Origin: a virus
Lineage: Duplodnaviria > Caudoviricetes
Virus record (IMG/VR): IMGVR_UViG_3300028284_000006
Coordinates: 699 to 64,698 of that record
Direction: 5' to 3' (one strand)
Length of the DNA stretch: 64,000 nt
Shown here: in pieces, positions 24,836 through 35,896 of the stretch
Layout: every line of letters begins with the position of its first letter
How positions within the stretch are numbered: the first letter of the stretch is position 1
Translations under genes and position numbers: made by a program
The notes under the pieces: generated by a model
Database searches by the model: none
Told to the model about the DNA's origin: nothing
Seen by the model: only the letters and a program-made list of their open reading frames with translations

Positions 24836-27800
24836 TTTACCTTCCATTTCTCTTATCTTTTTCTTATAGTAATGCATTCCTTTTTTTGACCACTTTCTGT
24901 TTGTTGCCTTAAATACTTTTGACAACTCTATTTTTTCCTTGTCGTCTAGGTCAGCTCCAAATTTTCTGTAAAGCTTAAGTCCTTGTACCTGAGGGTTTTG
25001 CTCATAAATTATATCTAATATAGAGTAATCAATATCCCTTGTTCTAGCATATGTAGTAAACTTCTTCCAGTATCTCTTGTGGTCAATAGGGTCAAAGTTT
25101 TCAATTATTAAGTCCTTTAATTGTCTTTGAGTTAGGTCGTTGTTTTTTATAGCGTTCTTTATTTTTTTCTCTTTTCTATAAATTTCTGTCTCAATACCTT
25201 TCTCCTCTATCTCAGCAAAATCATTTTCAGCATAAGTTATAAGTTTCTTGTTGGTGGTTCTTAAAACTTTTCTCTTAGAACTCTTTAGAACACTATTCAT
25301 AACACCATCTAACTCTTTACCTAGCTCAGTATCTTCCTTAAACATCTTGTCATAACCAGAGTAAAACAAACCTACTAATGGGTTAGTGTTTTCGCTTGTT
25401 ATAATTTTCTCTACAGAGGCTTGAGATATCTTAGGAGAGACGTTAAGCAAGTTACCTAAGTCTTTGTATATAGTAGCTACCCTGTCATCATAAGCTCCTT
25501 TAGCTCTATCTTCTAACTTCACGTTTTTTGGATTTCTAAATACTTCTTGATCATAAAACAAATCGTAGTTAGTGACCCCTGTTATTAAAGCTGAAACAGC
25601 AGGATTCCTTGAAAGTAAGTTCTTTGGAGTTGGAACAAATGGTAAAGCGTTTTCAATACTGCTTTCAAGAAGTTCTGTATCCATATCGTAATCGATACCT
25701 CTACTGCTCATCAATGTCTTTATTGTTAGTTGTTCTGCCATTGTTGCAGCAACAGAAAGTAATGGGAGCTTCTTTACTCTGATGTAATCAAACTCTCCGT
25801 CTTCAGTCCTTTTTCCGGTAAAGAAGATATGATAATTTGATTTTTCATATTGGCTTATACTCTTAAATACATCATTGACATCATCTTCATCATCTAATGC
25901 TTTAAACAACATAAGCATTGAAGCTGCAGCAAGCCCTCCGGAGAAAATCATAAACTGTAATACATTTGAAGCAAACTGTTTAGGATTATCATTAGCGAAG
26001 TCAACACCTTTTCTGAAACCTTGGGTAGCAGCATTTAAGTATGGAAAAACTTGGTCAAACTGTTTAACTACCGAACCTCCTTGATTAAAATCTATCGTTT
26101 CTCTAGACTCTCTTGCAGAGGAGAACATTATGTCTTGTAGTTCTTTTTCTGTAGGCTTCCTATTATTCTCTTTTTCAAACTTCTTTATATTATTATTTTT
26201 AGCTTTCTCATACACAGCTAATCTAAAGGAAAGTTCAGATGTCTCACCAAGATAACTTAGTACACCACCTATTCTTTTCATTGTAGATGTAGCAGCATTA
26301 ACTACAAAGTTTTCTGACTTTATTCCTTGTATAGCTTTCAATCCATCCGAAGATAAAAAGTCCATACTACCACCATGCTCTATGAACTCCTTGTAGATTT
26401 CTTTGTACTCTTTTGTTCCGAAACCTTTTCTTAGTGAGTTCTTTATGAAGTCATAAGCGAGTTCAGGAGCAGCTACAAATTTATTGTTTGAGTAAGTATT
26501 TGAAAGTAATAGTATGTTAGTAAAATCGACAGCCGTGTTACCTACAATAAACAGAGGGTTACCTGATGTTGCCATAAATCTTAAGACATTCACACCTGAA
26601 TATTTCTTAAGTTTTTTAGCTAAATCACCTTGGTCTTTCTTTATGTCAAGTAATCGGTTTAAGTAACCTTGATCCATTACGAGGCTAGTTTTTACTCCGT
26701 TCTTTACGAATTCTAATTTACCATAACCTCTAGGCAAAGGTGTTCTGTCATACAACAATATAGGTTTGCCTGCTTTAGTGCTACCTACAATAGGGTTTTC
26801 CTTAATTATGTTACTGAATGAATATTTCTCTTCTATGACTAACTCATTGTATGCGTCAAAGAAAGAGTTAAATAACCTGTTCTCAAATATCCTAGACTCA
26901 ATCATTGATATGTTACCTTGTAGCAACCATCTAGAGTCAAGTATTATTTCGTTCTTATTTTCGTCACTTAAAGTCTTTATAACATTTGGAGACAATCCTG
27001 TTATGCCACTTATTCTACTTGCTTCAGTGTCATCAATGTTATCAGGGATTAAGTACTTAATAGTTTTTATAGGAGAGTACTCCTCATCCTTTAGCTTATT
27101 GTATACATCCTTTGAAATTAATTGAGCATCATACATTCTCTTCAGACTTTCGTTGAAGACATCGAAGTATGCGTCTGCTCTTTCTTTTAGTATAGTAAAC
27201 TTTTCAGAACCCACTTGAGATTTTATGACGTTTAGCATGTTACCAGCCTTAGTGGAGTCAATCCCTTTATAACCAACATATGGAGGTCTTTTGTTTTTTG
27301 CTCTGTTGCTGTTTATAGAAATAATCCTTTTAAGGTATATAACCTCATTAAGGTCTACAATGTCAGTCTTTGATAAACCACTGTATATTTTCTCTTCAGC
27401 CTCTTTATACCTTAAGTTTGCGTTACCTGAAGCTCCTGCTTTTGTTACTAGTAAGTCGTGTGCTCTTTGAGATTCTTTAGAGCCCATATCTTTTAAGAGG
27501 TCTTTTACTCTTGTTTGTCTATCAAGGACTTTCTCTCTTAGGATTCTTGAAGCTTTTGCCTTATTCTTTTGGCTTGCCTTATCTTCAAGAGCTTTGTTAA
27601 CATCATCAGTTAAGAACGTTTGTTTCCTAGAACGACCTTCTGTAGATTTTGTACCTGAAAACTGACCAGACATAACAGATACTTGTGTAACTTGATAAGG
27701 GGCCCCTTTTTTTGTTAGAAATATATCAGAGCCATTATCTCTTTGTTTAGGTAAATGTAAAATAGGTTTCCCTGATTTTGTTCTTACATGATATGGATAA

Positions 27801-30800
27801 CTTGGGTGAGAGTCTTCAACAACTTCTACCTCATCATTCACCTCTATAGCAGCATATATATCTCCAGGAGAAAGTCCTTTTGTTAGTTTTTCAGAGGCAA
27901 CTCCTGCAACTAAATCAATCAATGCTTGTGACTTAGGTGTCTTTCCAACACCTAACCCTTTGTTTGTATCGCCTCCTAGAAACTCAATTATTTTTTGTTT
28001 GTTTTCAACAGGGACTCTTTTAGCTATACTAGCTATAATATTTCTAAGAACATCTCCCCTCATAACAAAGGTTGACGATTTTGGATTCTCGAAGTATTCG
28101 TTAATTTCTTTGATAAACAAAGAAGCGCTCCCATTAGGTGTTAGAGAAATACTATCTGAGAATTCAGCATCAATATAACCCTGTACTTCTTGTTCTGTTG
28201 CTTTTTGTTTTGGCAGTTTACTCTTTTCCTTTTTAGTCAACTTCCTGCCTTTACTCTCCTCAACTTTGGCAATTTGTTCCTTTTGTTTTAATGTTATTAC
28301 AGCTTTTTTAGATGTATCGTTTTTAAATTTATCTATACCTTCTAAAGTAGATTCTCTGAAAATATCAGGACTCAATAACCCATTTTTTAGCATAGATTCT
28401 AACACAGCTAAACTAGAGTTAACTCCAGATGCGCTACTTACTAATTTAGAATCACTACCTTTAGCTAAGACTAAGTATCCTTTTCCACCGTTTTCTTTTA
28501 ATGATTCATTTATTGCTCTAGTCAATGTATTTGCTGTACCTAAATTACCCGAAGCCCATACGTCTCCATACTTAGTTACAAAGAATACACCACCACCACC
28601 TTCAAAAATTTGCTTACCATTTATAGATATAGTCCCTGCAAGCATATCATCAGGTGATGTTATAGCAGCTTTGTTTCCAGCAAACACATTTAAGTTTTCT
28701 TGTTCAACAATGAGTCCTTCTTTTATTAGCTCTTCTCTTCTTTTGTCTTCTGTATACTGAACATCAAAAACTCCTACTTGTTTTCTACTTATAGCAGATA
28801 TTGGGCTAGATATATTCTTTCCTTGAATAATTTCTACATCTTCGCTTTTTATTTCTTGACCTCTAGCAACCTTTCTTGATAATACGTTTAATAAGTCTAC
28901 AACTTCTGCGTCAGTAAACTCTTTAAGCTTAAACGCTTTGGCTAGTTTGTCTAAAAATCTTTTAATAAAGTTTTGGTCAGGATTGCTTAGAGTCTTGTAT
29001 TCTGACGCCATTATACCAAACAATTCTGCTATACTCTCTTCGCTTTGTAGTGATTTTTTATACCCTTTAGAGAAGTCAGTTATTTTCTTTTTTAACTCTT
29101 TGGATGTGACCTTAGATATAGATTTAACCATAGCGTCAGCAATCTTTTGTGCCTTAACGTCACTTATACCTTTAGATAATAATACAGCATGGAATACTTC
29201 GTGTGCGACAGTTGTGGCTGTAGCGTTGCTCAGGTTTATGCTTATTTGTTTTTTATCTATACTGTATTCACCCGAACTAGTATTACCAACTACTTCTCCT
29301 GTGGCGTCAGCATACTCTTGTTCACTCTCATAAAACTTGAATGTAACATCACCAAACAGACCTGATAAAGCTTTCTTTGCTTCAATTGCTTGATTTACGA
29401 CATCAGGGTTTGCTTTCTTTATAGCTTCTATAGATTTATCTACAGTTTCCTTGTTATCTTCATATAGCTTTGATTCAGATTCAGACAAACTATCTGGGTT
29501 TATTATAACTTTGTTAGATAATTCAGAAAGTTCTTGCTGTTTTTTTTGTTCTTTCTTTTCAGTTACAACATTATCAACTAAGTCTTTGTTTTCTGTGTAA
29601 AAATTCAACTCTTCATCTGTTAGTGAGTCAGGGTTTTCGTCCATCCTTTTCGCAAAATCTACAGCCTCTTTTACTTTAAGGTATTCCTTTACAGACTCCT
29701 TATTTATATCATCCTTAATGATTTCATAAACTTTAGTATACTTTTCTTTTGGAGAAAGTTTTTCATCCAATTCTTCAGCTATCTCCTTACCTTTTTCACC
29801 AAATACTTCCTCTATGGCTGTTTCGTAGTTTAGGTCACCTAGTATTTCGTTCCTCTTATCGTTTATGTACTTTAGGTTGTCTTTATACTTTTGACCATCC
29901 TCTTTGTCTAAGGAGTCTACGTGTGCCTTTATTTTTGCTTGTTTTATTTGCTCACTATCGTAAGGTTTTATTCCAGCTTTTGCATTTAAAGACCTTTCAA
30001 CATCCGACATAACCAACAACTCTTTTATGTTGTCAGCTCCAACTAATAAAGCATCAGCCTCCATTTCAACAGCTACATTAGCTATTTTAGATATTTCTTT
30101 AGTTATATTGCTGTGTATGCTTTTTCTATTAGAATCTTTTAGTTCTGGATTGTTTAGAAGCTTCTTTAGCTCTTTTATAGTTTTGAGATTTGATTCTATC
30201 TTAGAGTTGTACTTCTTATTATTTATGTTGGTAATTATACTTGAATAAGCTGTACCTGGAACATTCATGGCTCCAGATGTTATTACAGATGTAACAAGAA
30301 CATCATCTAAGTTAGAGAAGTCAACCTTATCTCCTAGTAACGCAAAGTCACTGTATTGACCAAGTATCTCTATGCTTTCTTCCTCTACTATTTCACCACC
30401 TGTAGCTTTAGCTACTTTACCACCAGCTGTTCCTAGCTTGTTTAAGACAGATTTTTTATTAGCCATTAATATATCGTCTAAAAACTTTCCTGGGTTCTTA
30501 AAACTCTTTATAACGCTAACAGAGTTAGGTACAGTACCAATATATCTTGAGATACCAAATTCAATAACTCCGGTAGCTAATACAGCTCCTGTTTTTTGCA
30601 ATGAAGTAATATTACCATCCTCAATAGCTCTCTCTAGTTCATATTTCTGTCCTAGGTATTCTTGTGTACTTACATTGTCTTTTATTAACTCTAGCTCTTT
30701 TAAACCTTTCTTAGCTGTTTTCGCATAGTTCTGTCTAGTTGTTAGTTCATCATACTTTGCTCCTGCAGATGTAATACCAAACTGTGTAGATACTAATGTT

Positions 30801-32668
30801 GATACTGCAGCTCTAGAAAGACCTAATGAAGTTCCTACACCAGATGTACCGAGAGCCAAAGCAATGTTGGGAGTTTGAGTAGCAAGTTCTCTTAATGCGA
30901 ATACTCCAATGTCTCCAAGCCCATCTACCTCGTCGTATGTTTTCTTGGTCTCATAGAAGTTCTCTACTTTATCTCTGTCTTCTTTTTTTCCTTGACTTAT
31001 TGCTTGTCTTGCCGCAACACCAATCCCCGAAAATCCTACTGAATCTAAACCTAGCGAACCGATAGTTATTGCATCTCCTACCATCCCTGAAGCTGCGTTC
31101 TTTAAATCTGTGTACGCAAGATCTATATTATTATAATTCCTCTTGGAAGCATCTATGAAAGAGTCTCTATTTTCTTTGTTTGAATTAATCTCACCTAAAT
31201 CTAGTTCAGATTTCTTTATCAAGTTTGCGAAGTCCTTTACTCTCTTGTTAAGTTGATTCTCTAATAATTCAAGTTCTTTGTTTTTCTCTGAAGATGAAAT
31301 CGAAACTGAATGACTTGAGTCATCGTAGTGCAACTTTACATTTAATTCAGGATTATTTTTTACTATAGAAGCTATTTTTTCTTTTCCGTATGCAAACATA
31401 CCTAGGTAGTCTGACTTAGCTAGTTCAAGCCTAGTAAGTACATCGGCTTCATCGGATTCTATTTCTTTGTTTTTCTGTATTACAAGTTGTCTTACACCCT
31501 CACTGTTAGGGAGGTTGTCATAGTACTGCTCTATTTTTAACTTGGTAGCTCTTTTGATTTTTTCATCAAGTACAGAACTTCTACTGTACCCTTCGAATTC
31601 ACTTATTACTTTTAATGCTTCAGTATTGTCAGAGAAGTATTTGCTGATACCTTCCTTTATATCTTTCTCATTAAAGTCTTTAGTAGAAATTCTTTTGCTT
31701 CTAGTATCTACCTCTTTCTTTACACCTGCTTCTAGTTCGGCTTTTGCTTCCGGACTAATCTCGATACCAGATGCTTCTAGCCTTGTAAATAATTTCTTAA
31801 AATAATCTTTATCGTAAACACCTTCTGATACGGATTCATCAGATATATCAACCTTACTCTTTATAGCTTCAATATCTTTTATGGTTTTGGCGTAAGTTTT
31901 AGCAGATTTATTTTTATATATCTCTGACGCTTCTTCGTCATCTATATTGTCAAATATAAACTTGTTTATTTTAGAAAACTTATCAGTAGCGGTAGCACCC
32001 GCTCCTTGACCTACAAAAAAGTCAAAGGTTTCAGTTGAATCTCCTTTAGAAATTTTAACTCCTTCAGGGGTGCGTTCAAAAGCAAACTGAGGGAAGTCAC
32101 TTTGTAATTTATCTAGGTAAGTGTTTTTGTTATCTACAAATCCAGAAAGCGTGTTATCAGATAACGCTCTTCTTTTTAATGTGTTCTTAGAGTTTACTAA
32201 GGCTAGTAATTTGTTAGTTTCTTCTTCTTTGCTGTTACCAAACAAATCGAAAGGCTGTAAGTCTATCTCAGTCTCTTCACCTGTTATATTGTCTACAATC
32301 TTTAAAGCATCTCCTATTCCTGTTTCTTGTACTGAAAAACCTTTTCCAGCAAGTAATGAGTTTACTTCAGATATAGCAACTTCCTCATCTTTTTCTATTA
32401 TTTTTGAAGCATCCGAAAAGGTAGTTTCCGTAGGTGAAACCATATCTTCCTCTTGAGAAATAGGCTGTAAATTTTCTTTTTTTTTTAAGCCAACCAATAC
32501 TTTAAATGTTTCAATATTATTAGTATACCCATCTTTTTGAGCTAACTGATACATTGTGTTTACAGCCCCAATATTTTCAGACATTAAAGACTTGAAATCT
32601 TCAAACGTATTAGCGTATCCATCTTGTTGCGATAATGTATATAGTTGTTTTAATGCTTCTTCGTTCAT
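24833..32668 (-). CDS. Giant internal virion (ejection) / large polyvalent protein
   Basis: 2611 aa at the end of the virion block. Zincin motif AHEVFH...EESIAE; LPD38-like helical C-terminus (TIDFNQGG, FPYLNAATQG). Confidence 0.75.
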   Translation of the reverse strand: MNEEALKQLYTLSQQDGYANTFEDFKSLMSENIGAVNTMYQLAQKDGYTNNIETFKVLVGLKKKENLQPISQEEDMVSPTETTFSDASKIIEKDEEVAISEVNSLLAGKGFSVQETGIGDALKIVDNITGEETEIDLQPFDLFGNSKEEETNKLLALVNSKNTLKRRALSDNTLSGFVDNKNTYLDKLQSDFPQFAFERTPEGVKISKGDSTETFDFFVGQGAGATATDKFSKINKFIFDNIDDEEASEIYKNKSAKTYAKTIKDIEAIKSKVDISDESVSEGVYDKDYFKKLFTRLEASGIEISPEAKAELEAGVKKEVDTRSKRISTKDFNEKDIKEGISKYFSDNTEALKVISEFEGYSRSSVLDEKIKRATKLKIEQYYDNLPNSEGVRQLVIQKNKEIESDEADVLTRLELAKSDYLGMFAYGKEKIASIVKNNPELNVKLHYDDSSHSVSISSSEKNKELELLENQLNKRVKDFANLIKKSELDLGEINSNKENRDSFIDASKRNYNNIDLAYTDLKNAASGMVGDAITIGSLGLDSVGFSGIGVAARQAISQGKKEDRDKVENFYETKKTYDEVDGLGDIGVFALRELATQTPNIALALGTSGVGTSLGLSRAAVSTLVSTQFGITSAGAKYDELTTRQNYAKTAKKGLKELELIKDNVSTQEYLGQKYELERAIEDGNITSLQKTGAVLATGVIEFGISRYIGTVPNSVSVIKSFKNPGKFLDDILMANKKSVLNKLGTAGGKVAKATGGEIVEEESIEILGQYSDFALLGDKVDFSNLDDVLVTSVITSGAMNVPGTAYSSIITNINNKKYNSKIESNLKTIKELKKLLNNPELKDSNRKSIHSNITKEISKIANVAVEMEADALLVGADNIKELLVMSDVERSLNAKAGIKPYDSEQIKQAKIKAHVDSLDKEDGQKYKDNLKYINDKRNEILGDLNYETAIEEVFGEKGKEIAEELDEKLSPKEKYTKVYEIIKDDINKESVKEYLKVKEAVDFAKRMDENPDSLTDEELNFYTENKDLVDNVVTEKKEQKKQQELSELSNKVIINPDSLSESESKLYEDNKETVDKSIEAIKKANPDVVNQAIEAKKALSGLFGDVTFKFYESEQEYADATGEVVGNTSSGEYSIDKKQISINLSNATATTVAHEVFHAVLLSKGISDVKAQKIADAMVKSISKVTSKELKKKITDFSKGYKKSLQSEESIAELFGIMASEYKTLSNPDQNFIKRFLDKLAKAFKLKEFTDAEVVDLLNVLSRKVARGQEIKSEDVEIIQGKNISSPISAISRKQVGVFDVQYTEDKRREELIKEGLIVEQENLNVFAGNKAAITSPDDMLAGTISINGKQIFEGGGGVFFVTKYGDVWASGNLGTANTLTRAINESLKENGGKGYLVLAKGSDSKLVSSASGVNSSLAVLESMLKNGLLSPDIFRESTLEGIDKFKNDTSKKAVITLKQKEQIAKVEESKGRKLTKKEKSKLPKQKATEQEVQGYIDAEFSDSISLTPNGSASLFIKEINEYFENPKSSTFVMRGDVLRNIIASIAKRVPVENKQKIIEFLGGDTNKGLGVGKTPKSQALIDLVAGVASEKLTKGLSPGDIYAAIEVNDEVEVVEDSHPSYPYHVRTKSGKPILHLPKQRDNGSDIFLTKKGAPYQVTQVSVMSGQFSGTKSTEGRSRKQTFLTDDVNKALEDKASQKNKAKASRILREKVLDRQTRVKDLLKDMGSKESQRAHDLLVTKAGASGNANLRYKEAEEKIYSGLSKTDIVDLNEVIYLKRIISINSNRAKNKRPPYVGYKGIDSTKAGNMLNVIKSQVGSEKFTILKERADAYFDVFNESLKRMYDAQLISKDVYNKLKDEEYSPIKTIKYLIPDNIDDTEASRISGITGLSPNVIKTLSDENKNEIILDSRWLLQGNISMIESRIFENRLFNSFFDAYNELVIEEKYSFSNIIKENPIVGSTKAGKPILLYDRTPLPRGYGKLEFVKNGVKTSLVMDQGYLNRLLDIKKDQGDLAKKLKKYSGVNVLRFMATSGNPLFIVGNTAVDFTNILLLSNTYSNNKFVAAPELAYDFIKNSLRKGFGTKEYKEIYKEFIEHGGSMDFLSSDGLKAIQGIKSENFVVNAATSTMKRIGGVLSYLGETSELSFRLAVYEKAKNNNIKKFEKENNRKPTEKELQDIMFSSARESRETIDFNQGGSVVKQFDQVFPYLNAATQGFRKGVDFANDNPKQFASNVLQFMIFSGGLAAASMLMLFKALDDEDDVNDVFKSISQYEKSNYHIFFTGKRTEDGEFDYIRVKKLPLLSVAATMAEQLTIKTLMSSRGIDYDMDTELLESSIENALPFVPTPKNLLSRNPAVSALITGVTNYDLFYDQEVFRNPKNVKLEDRAKGAYDDRVATIYKDLGNLLNVSPKISQASVEKIITSENTNPLVGLFYSGYDKMFKEDTELGKELDGVMNSVLKSSKRKVLRTTNKKLITYAENDFAEIEEKGIETEIYRKEKKIKNAIKNNDLTQRQLKDLIIENFDPIDHKRYWKKFTTYARTRDIDYSILDIIYEQNPQVQGLKLYRKFGADLDDKEKIELSKVFKATNRKWSKKGMHYYKKKIREMEGK

Positions 32669-32682
32669 TATTATCCTTTATT

Positions 32683-34380
32683 TTAATTAAATGCAGACAT
32701 CCCACCCTTACTTCTAATTGGTGTTGACATATTTTCTAAGTTTTCTAATATTTGGTTAGGGCTATCTACCCCCACTGTACCGACTACTCTACCTGTCTCT
32801 ACTAGATTGTCTGATTCAGAATATCTTATAACAAACGAACCGTCTTCTTTAACAACTGTTATTCTACTACTAGGTATACCTAAAGCACTAGATGCTTTTG
32901 TTACAGCTTGCTTAATATTTATTTCTGTGGCTGCAACAGGGGTGTCGAAGTTGTCTACAGTCGGGCTTAATAATCTTACAAATTCTTTCTCTTGAGTAGG
33001 GCTTAACGAGTATCTTTGTGTAAATGAAGAAGATTTAGTAGTAAGAACATTAGTATTTAAAACATCTTCAACACCTTTTCTTCCTTTATATTCACCTCCA
33101 ATTTTCAAGAAACCTGCTAACTGTTCTCCTACTTTTGTAGCTGACCTGCCTTTTGTCTTTAATTCATCGTATGTACCATCAGATTTATTTAGCTGTATTA
33201 CACCGTTTAAATCCGGCTTTGTTACACTAATATATGGTGAGTTCTTAACAGTTGTTAACGCGCTTTGTAGGGCATCGGTATCTCCATCGTATACATACTT
33301 GTTTATTAATTTTACGGAATTTATTATCGCTTTTTCTCCAGGAGTTTGTTTTGATGACCTTGGGTCATAACTGTTATTGGTAGTTACTCTTGATAACTGA
33401 CCCATTACAGCATTCTTATAACCTGCTTTGATTACTTTTCTTTGATCCTCAGTTAACTCAGCTTTCCCTGTACTTGAATTAAATTTTATTGGACCTACTT
33501 TTACAGTTTCAGGTTCCTCTATAGGTGTACCATCACTTTTAAAACCTGTTATCTTGTTATAAGTAATAGTAGTGTCTCCACCTTTTTCTCCATCAATAGC
33601 ATACTCCATATTAAGGTAATCTAAACCTACTGACACCATTCTCTCATCATCTGAAAGTTTTGAGTCAACAGAGTTGTCTAAGTACTCTTGATAAGCAGTG
33701 CTCTGAAGAGCGTCGGTAACACTAGTGATACCACTCTTAGCTAACTGTATCTTAGGTGCATTCTTAGCTAAGGCAGCAGTTTCTGCCACTACATCAACAT
33801 AAACTTTACTTTGGTTCTGAACAGCGTTAATGGCTTGCACAGGTTTTGCTGTGTCCATATCAACCTCCCCTGTTTTTTTGTTTATATCAACGTAAAAACC
33901 TTGTCCATTTTCTGGGTCGTATACTATTTTCTTATCGTTTAAGTCAGCATTTAAACCCATAATCTTTAGCAAAGCTTCATTACCTTTACCTTTAGCGTCA
34001 CCAAGTCTTTTAGCATTATCTTGAAAGGTCTTACTCGCAACACTTACGTTATCCCAGGTATCCATTACACTCTGCTTAACTCTCTTTGCTTGGTCGACAG
34101 AAATAACACCATCCTTCATTTGCTTGTGTATCGAAGATAAAAAGTCACGAGTGGATTGAGACTGAGTCATCACAAACGTATTCATTGTCGTATCTACCCC
34201 AGTAGTGTAGTCACTAACCTTTTTTAATTGCTCCATTTGAGTGTCCTCAAGAGCACTCCTCTGTTTATCTCTATCAGCCTTTACCGACAGTATATCATCA
34301 GATATCTTCTTAGTAATGCTTGACCAGTCTATTATAGACTTGTCTATGTTTTTTTCTCTCTGAAATCCGTAATATGCCAT
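32683..34380 (-). CDS. Internal virion (ejection) protein
   Basis: 565 aa; position between the pilot protein and the giant protein. Confidence 0.55.
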   Translation of the reverse strand: MAYYGFQREKNIDKSIIDWSSITKKISDDILSVKADRDKQRSALEDTQMEQLKKVSDYTTGVDTTMNTFVMTQSQSTRDFLSSIHKQMKDGVISVDQAKRVKQSVMDTWDNVSVASKTFQDNAKRLGDAKGKGNEALLKIMGLNADLNDKKIVYDPENGQGFYVDINKKTGEVDMDTAKPVQAINAVQNQSKVYVDVVAETAALAKNAPKIQLAKSGITSVTDALQSTAYQEYLDNSVDSKLSDDERMVSVGLDYLNMEYAIDGEKGGDTTITYNKITGFKSDGTPIEEPETVKVGPIKFNSSTGKAELTEDQRKVIKAGYKNAVMGQLSRVTTNNSYDPRSSKQTPGEKAIINSVKLINKYVYDGDTDALQSALTTVKNSPYISVTKPDLNGVIQLNKSDGTYDELKTKGRSATKVGEQLAGFLKIGGEYKGRKGVEDVLNTNVLTTKSSSFTQRYSLSPTQEKEFVRLLSPTVDNFDTPVAATEINIKQAVTKASSALGIPSSRITVVKEDGSFVIRYSESDNLVETGRVVGTVGVDSPNQILENLENMSTPIRSKGGMSAFN

Positions 34381-34391
34381 TATTCTAGTAT

Positions 34392-35084
34392 TTATATCTC
34401 ACCTAGTTTTTCAATACTCTCTTTTTGATACCATTGTGGAGTAGTGTCCCCAAACCCCGAATCAAAACTCTCTGCAGTGGGGGGTAAGATATTTTTCTTA
34501 TCTTTCTTATCTTTCTTATCTTTCTTACCTTTCTGATATAACGCCATTGCTTCGTATATATTCTCACCTACAGCTCCTAAACCTGATGCTGCACTACTCA
34601 TTTGCATTGCTGCTATTTGTTGATTCTGTTGTGATGCTGCCATAGCTCCTGTGGCTTCTCCTAACGATATGTTTGCTAAACTCTGGTCTATTCTAGCGTC
34701 CTCTTGAGCTATAAGTAACTCCCTGTCGGCAAGTGCTTTGTCCATTTGCAACCTTTGTTTCTCTACTATATCTCCAGATACAGCTTGAGCCCTTCCAAGC
34801 CCAGCAGCTAATGCTCTCTGTCCGGATTCCCTTAAACCCTCAACAGTTTGCATTTGTTGTGCAGTAACCGCTCTCATAGCTTGAGTATATGCTTCAATAG
34901 GAACTTGAACACCCTCTAATCTATTAACTGACAATTCTTTTTTAGCTCTAGATAAAGCTTGGTCAGCTGCTCTCTCAGATTCTCTTTGAGTTCTTTTAGC
35001 ATTTATGCTTTCTAATATAGACATACCTGATCCCGCAAGACCTAATCCTGCTGATATACCTGCTGCTAATGTTAACGCTGCCAT
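34392..35084 (-). CDS. Ejection/pilot protein
   Basis: Gly/Ala hydrophobic N-terminus, Ala/Gln-rich helical body. Confidence 0.6.
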   Translation of the reverse strand: MAALTLAAGISAGLGLAGSGMSILESINAKRTQRESERAADQALSRAKKELSVNRLEGVQVPIEAYTQAMRAVTAQQMQTVEGLRESGQRALAAGLGRAQAVSGDIVEKQRLQMDKALADRELLIAQEDARIDQSLANISLGEATGAMAASQQNQQIAAMQMSSAASGLGAVGENIYEAMALYQKGKKDKKDKKDKKNILPPTAESFDSGFGDTTPQWYQKESIEKLGEI

Positions 35085-35144
35085 ATTATATTTTTTTTAT
35101 CATTTCTAAATAATTTACTTGCCTCTACCTGCATGTATATATTG

Positions 35145-35152
35145 CAAATATA
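35145..35152 (-). promoter_or_regulatory. Bacteroidota -7 element upstream of the ejection genes
   Basis: Intergenic TATATTTG. Confidence 0.6.
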
Positions 35153-35158
35153 CGGTTT

Positions 35159-35887
35159 TTATGAATAACTCTTGAATAGGCTTGTTCCAATACTGAATAC
35201 ACTACTTGGTACTTGTGATGTAGTTGATAATGTGTACTTCATGTAATAACCTTTCAAACCATAGCTTTCTATGGATGCTGGTTTACTAAATAACACAAAG
35301 TTCCCTACCTCAACAGCACTATTAATATTGTACCTATAAACCTCCATTGTATTACCAGAGACGCTAGTTACAGTACCTACTCTATTTTCTTCTCCAGTTC
35401 CTTCGTCGTACGCAATAATAAGGTCTCCTATTGAAATCATCTTATTTATATCGTTATTAAAAGTAATGGTAAACGTACCTCCTTCTCTAGATCTAAAAGA
35501 ACAAAAACCTATACCTTGAGTTCCTCTATTGTCTGTATTGGCATAGTTTGATAATGTAGTTGTTTTTATATTAGAGAAATACTCTCCCTCTTTTTTTACG
35601 AAGTCAGAAGCTTCACCCTTCTCTAAATCTGTTTCAAAGATAAAAGACCATGCCTGCTCACTCTCTGTAGATATTGTTTTAAAGTGTTTAACGTCGTGAG
35701 GGCTTTCATTAAATACACCTGTTAATGTTGATGTACCTATGTATGATCCTGGGTAATTGTGCACATACATTTCACCCTTATAAAATGAATAAAACTTGTT
35801 ATTCATACTAACCATTCTCTCTGGATAGTAGGTGTAGAATGAAGGCCATCCTTTTACTTTCTGACTATATGTTAATGTTTTTGCCAT
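35159..35887 (-). CDS. C-terminal part of the tail nozzle/stabilization protein, encoded separately
   Basis: TLTYSQKVKGWPSFYTYYPE...FYSFYKGEMYVHN, KHFKTI, FVKKEGEYF. Confidence 0.6.
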   Translation of the reverse strand: MAKTLTYSQKVKGWPSFYTYYPERMVSMNNKFYSFYKGEMYVHNYPGSYIGTSTLTGVFNESPHDVKHFKTISTESEQAWSFIFETDLEKGEASDFVKKEGEYFSNIKTTTLSNYANTDNRGTQGIGFCSFRSREGGTFTITFNNDINKMISIGDLIIAYDEGTGEENRVGTVTSVSGNTMEVYRYNINSAVEVGNFVLFSKPASIESYGLKGYYMKYTLSTTSQVPSSVFSIGTSLFKSYS

Positions 35888-35896
35888 ATTTATTTT

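Noticed and set aside
25875-32456. Plus-strand ORFs opposite the giant gene (and similar ones opposite groEL, portal and fibres)
   Set aside because: Antisense shadows of long real genes with Ser/Leu/Phe-rich, non-protein-like composition.
34495-34528. 9-bp tandem repeat encoding KKDKKDKKDKK
   Set aside because: Simple in-frame slippage in a low-complexity tail, with no sign of phase variation.
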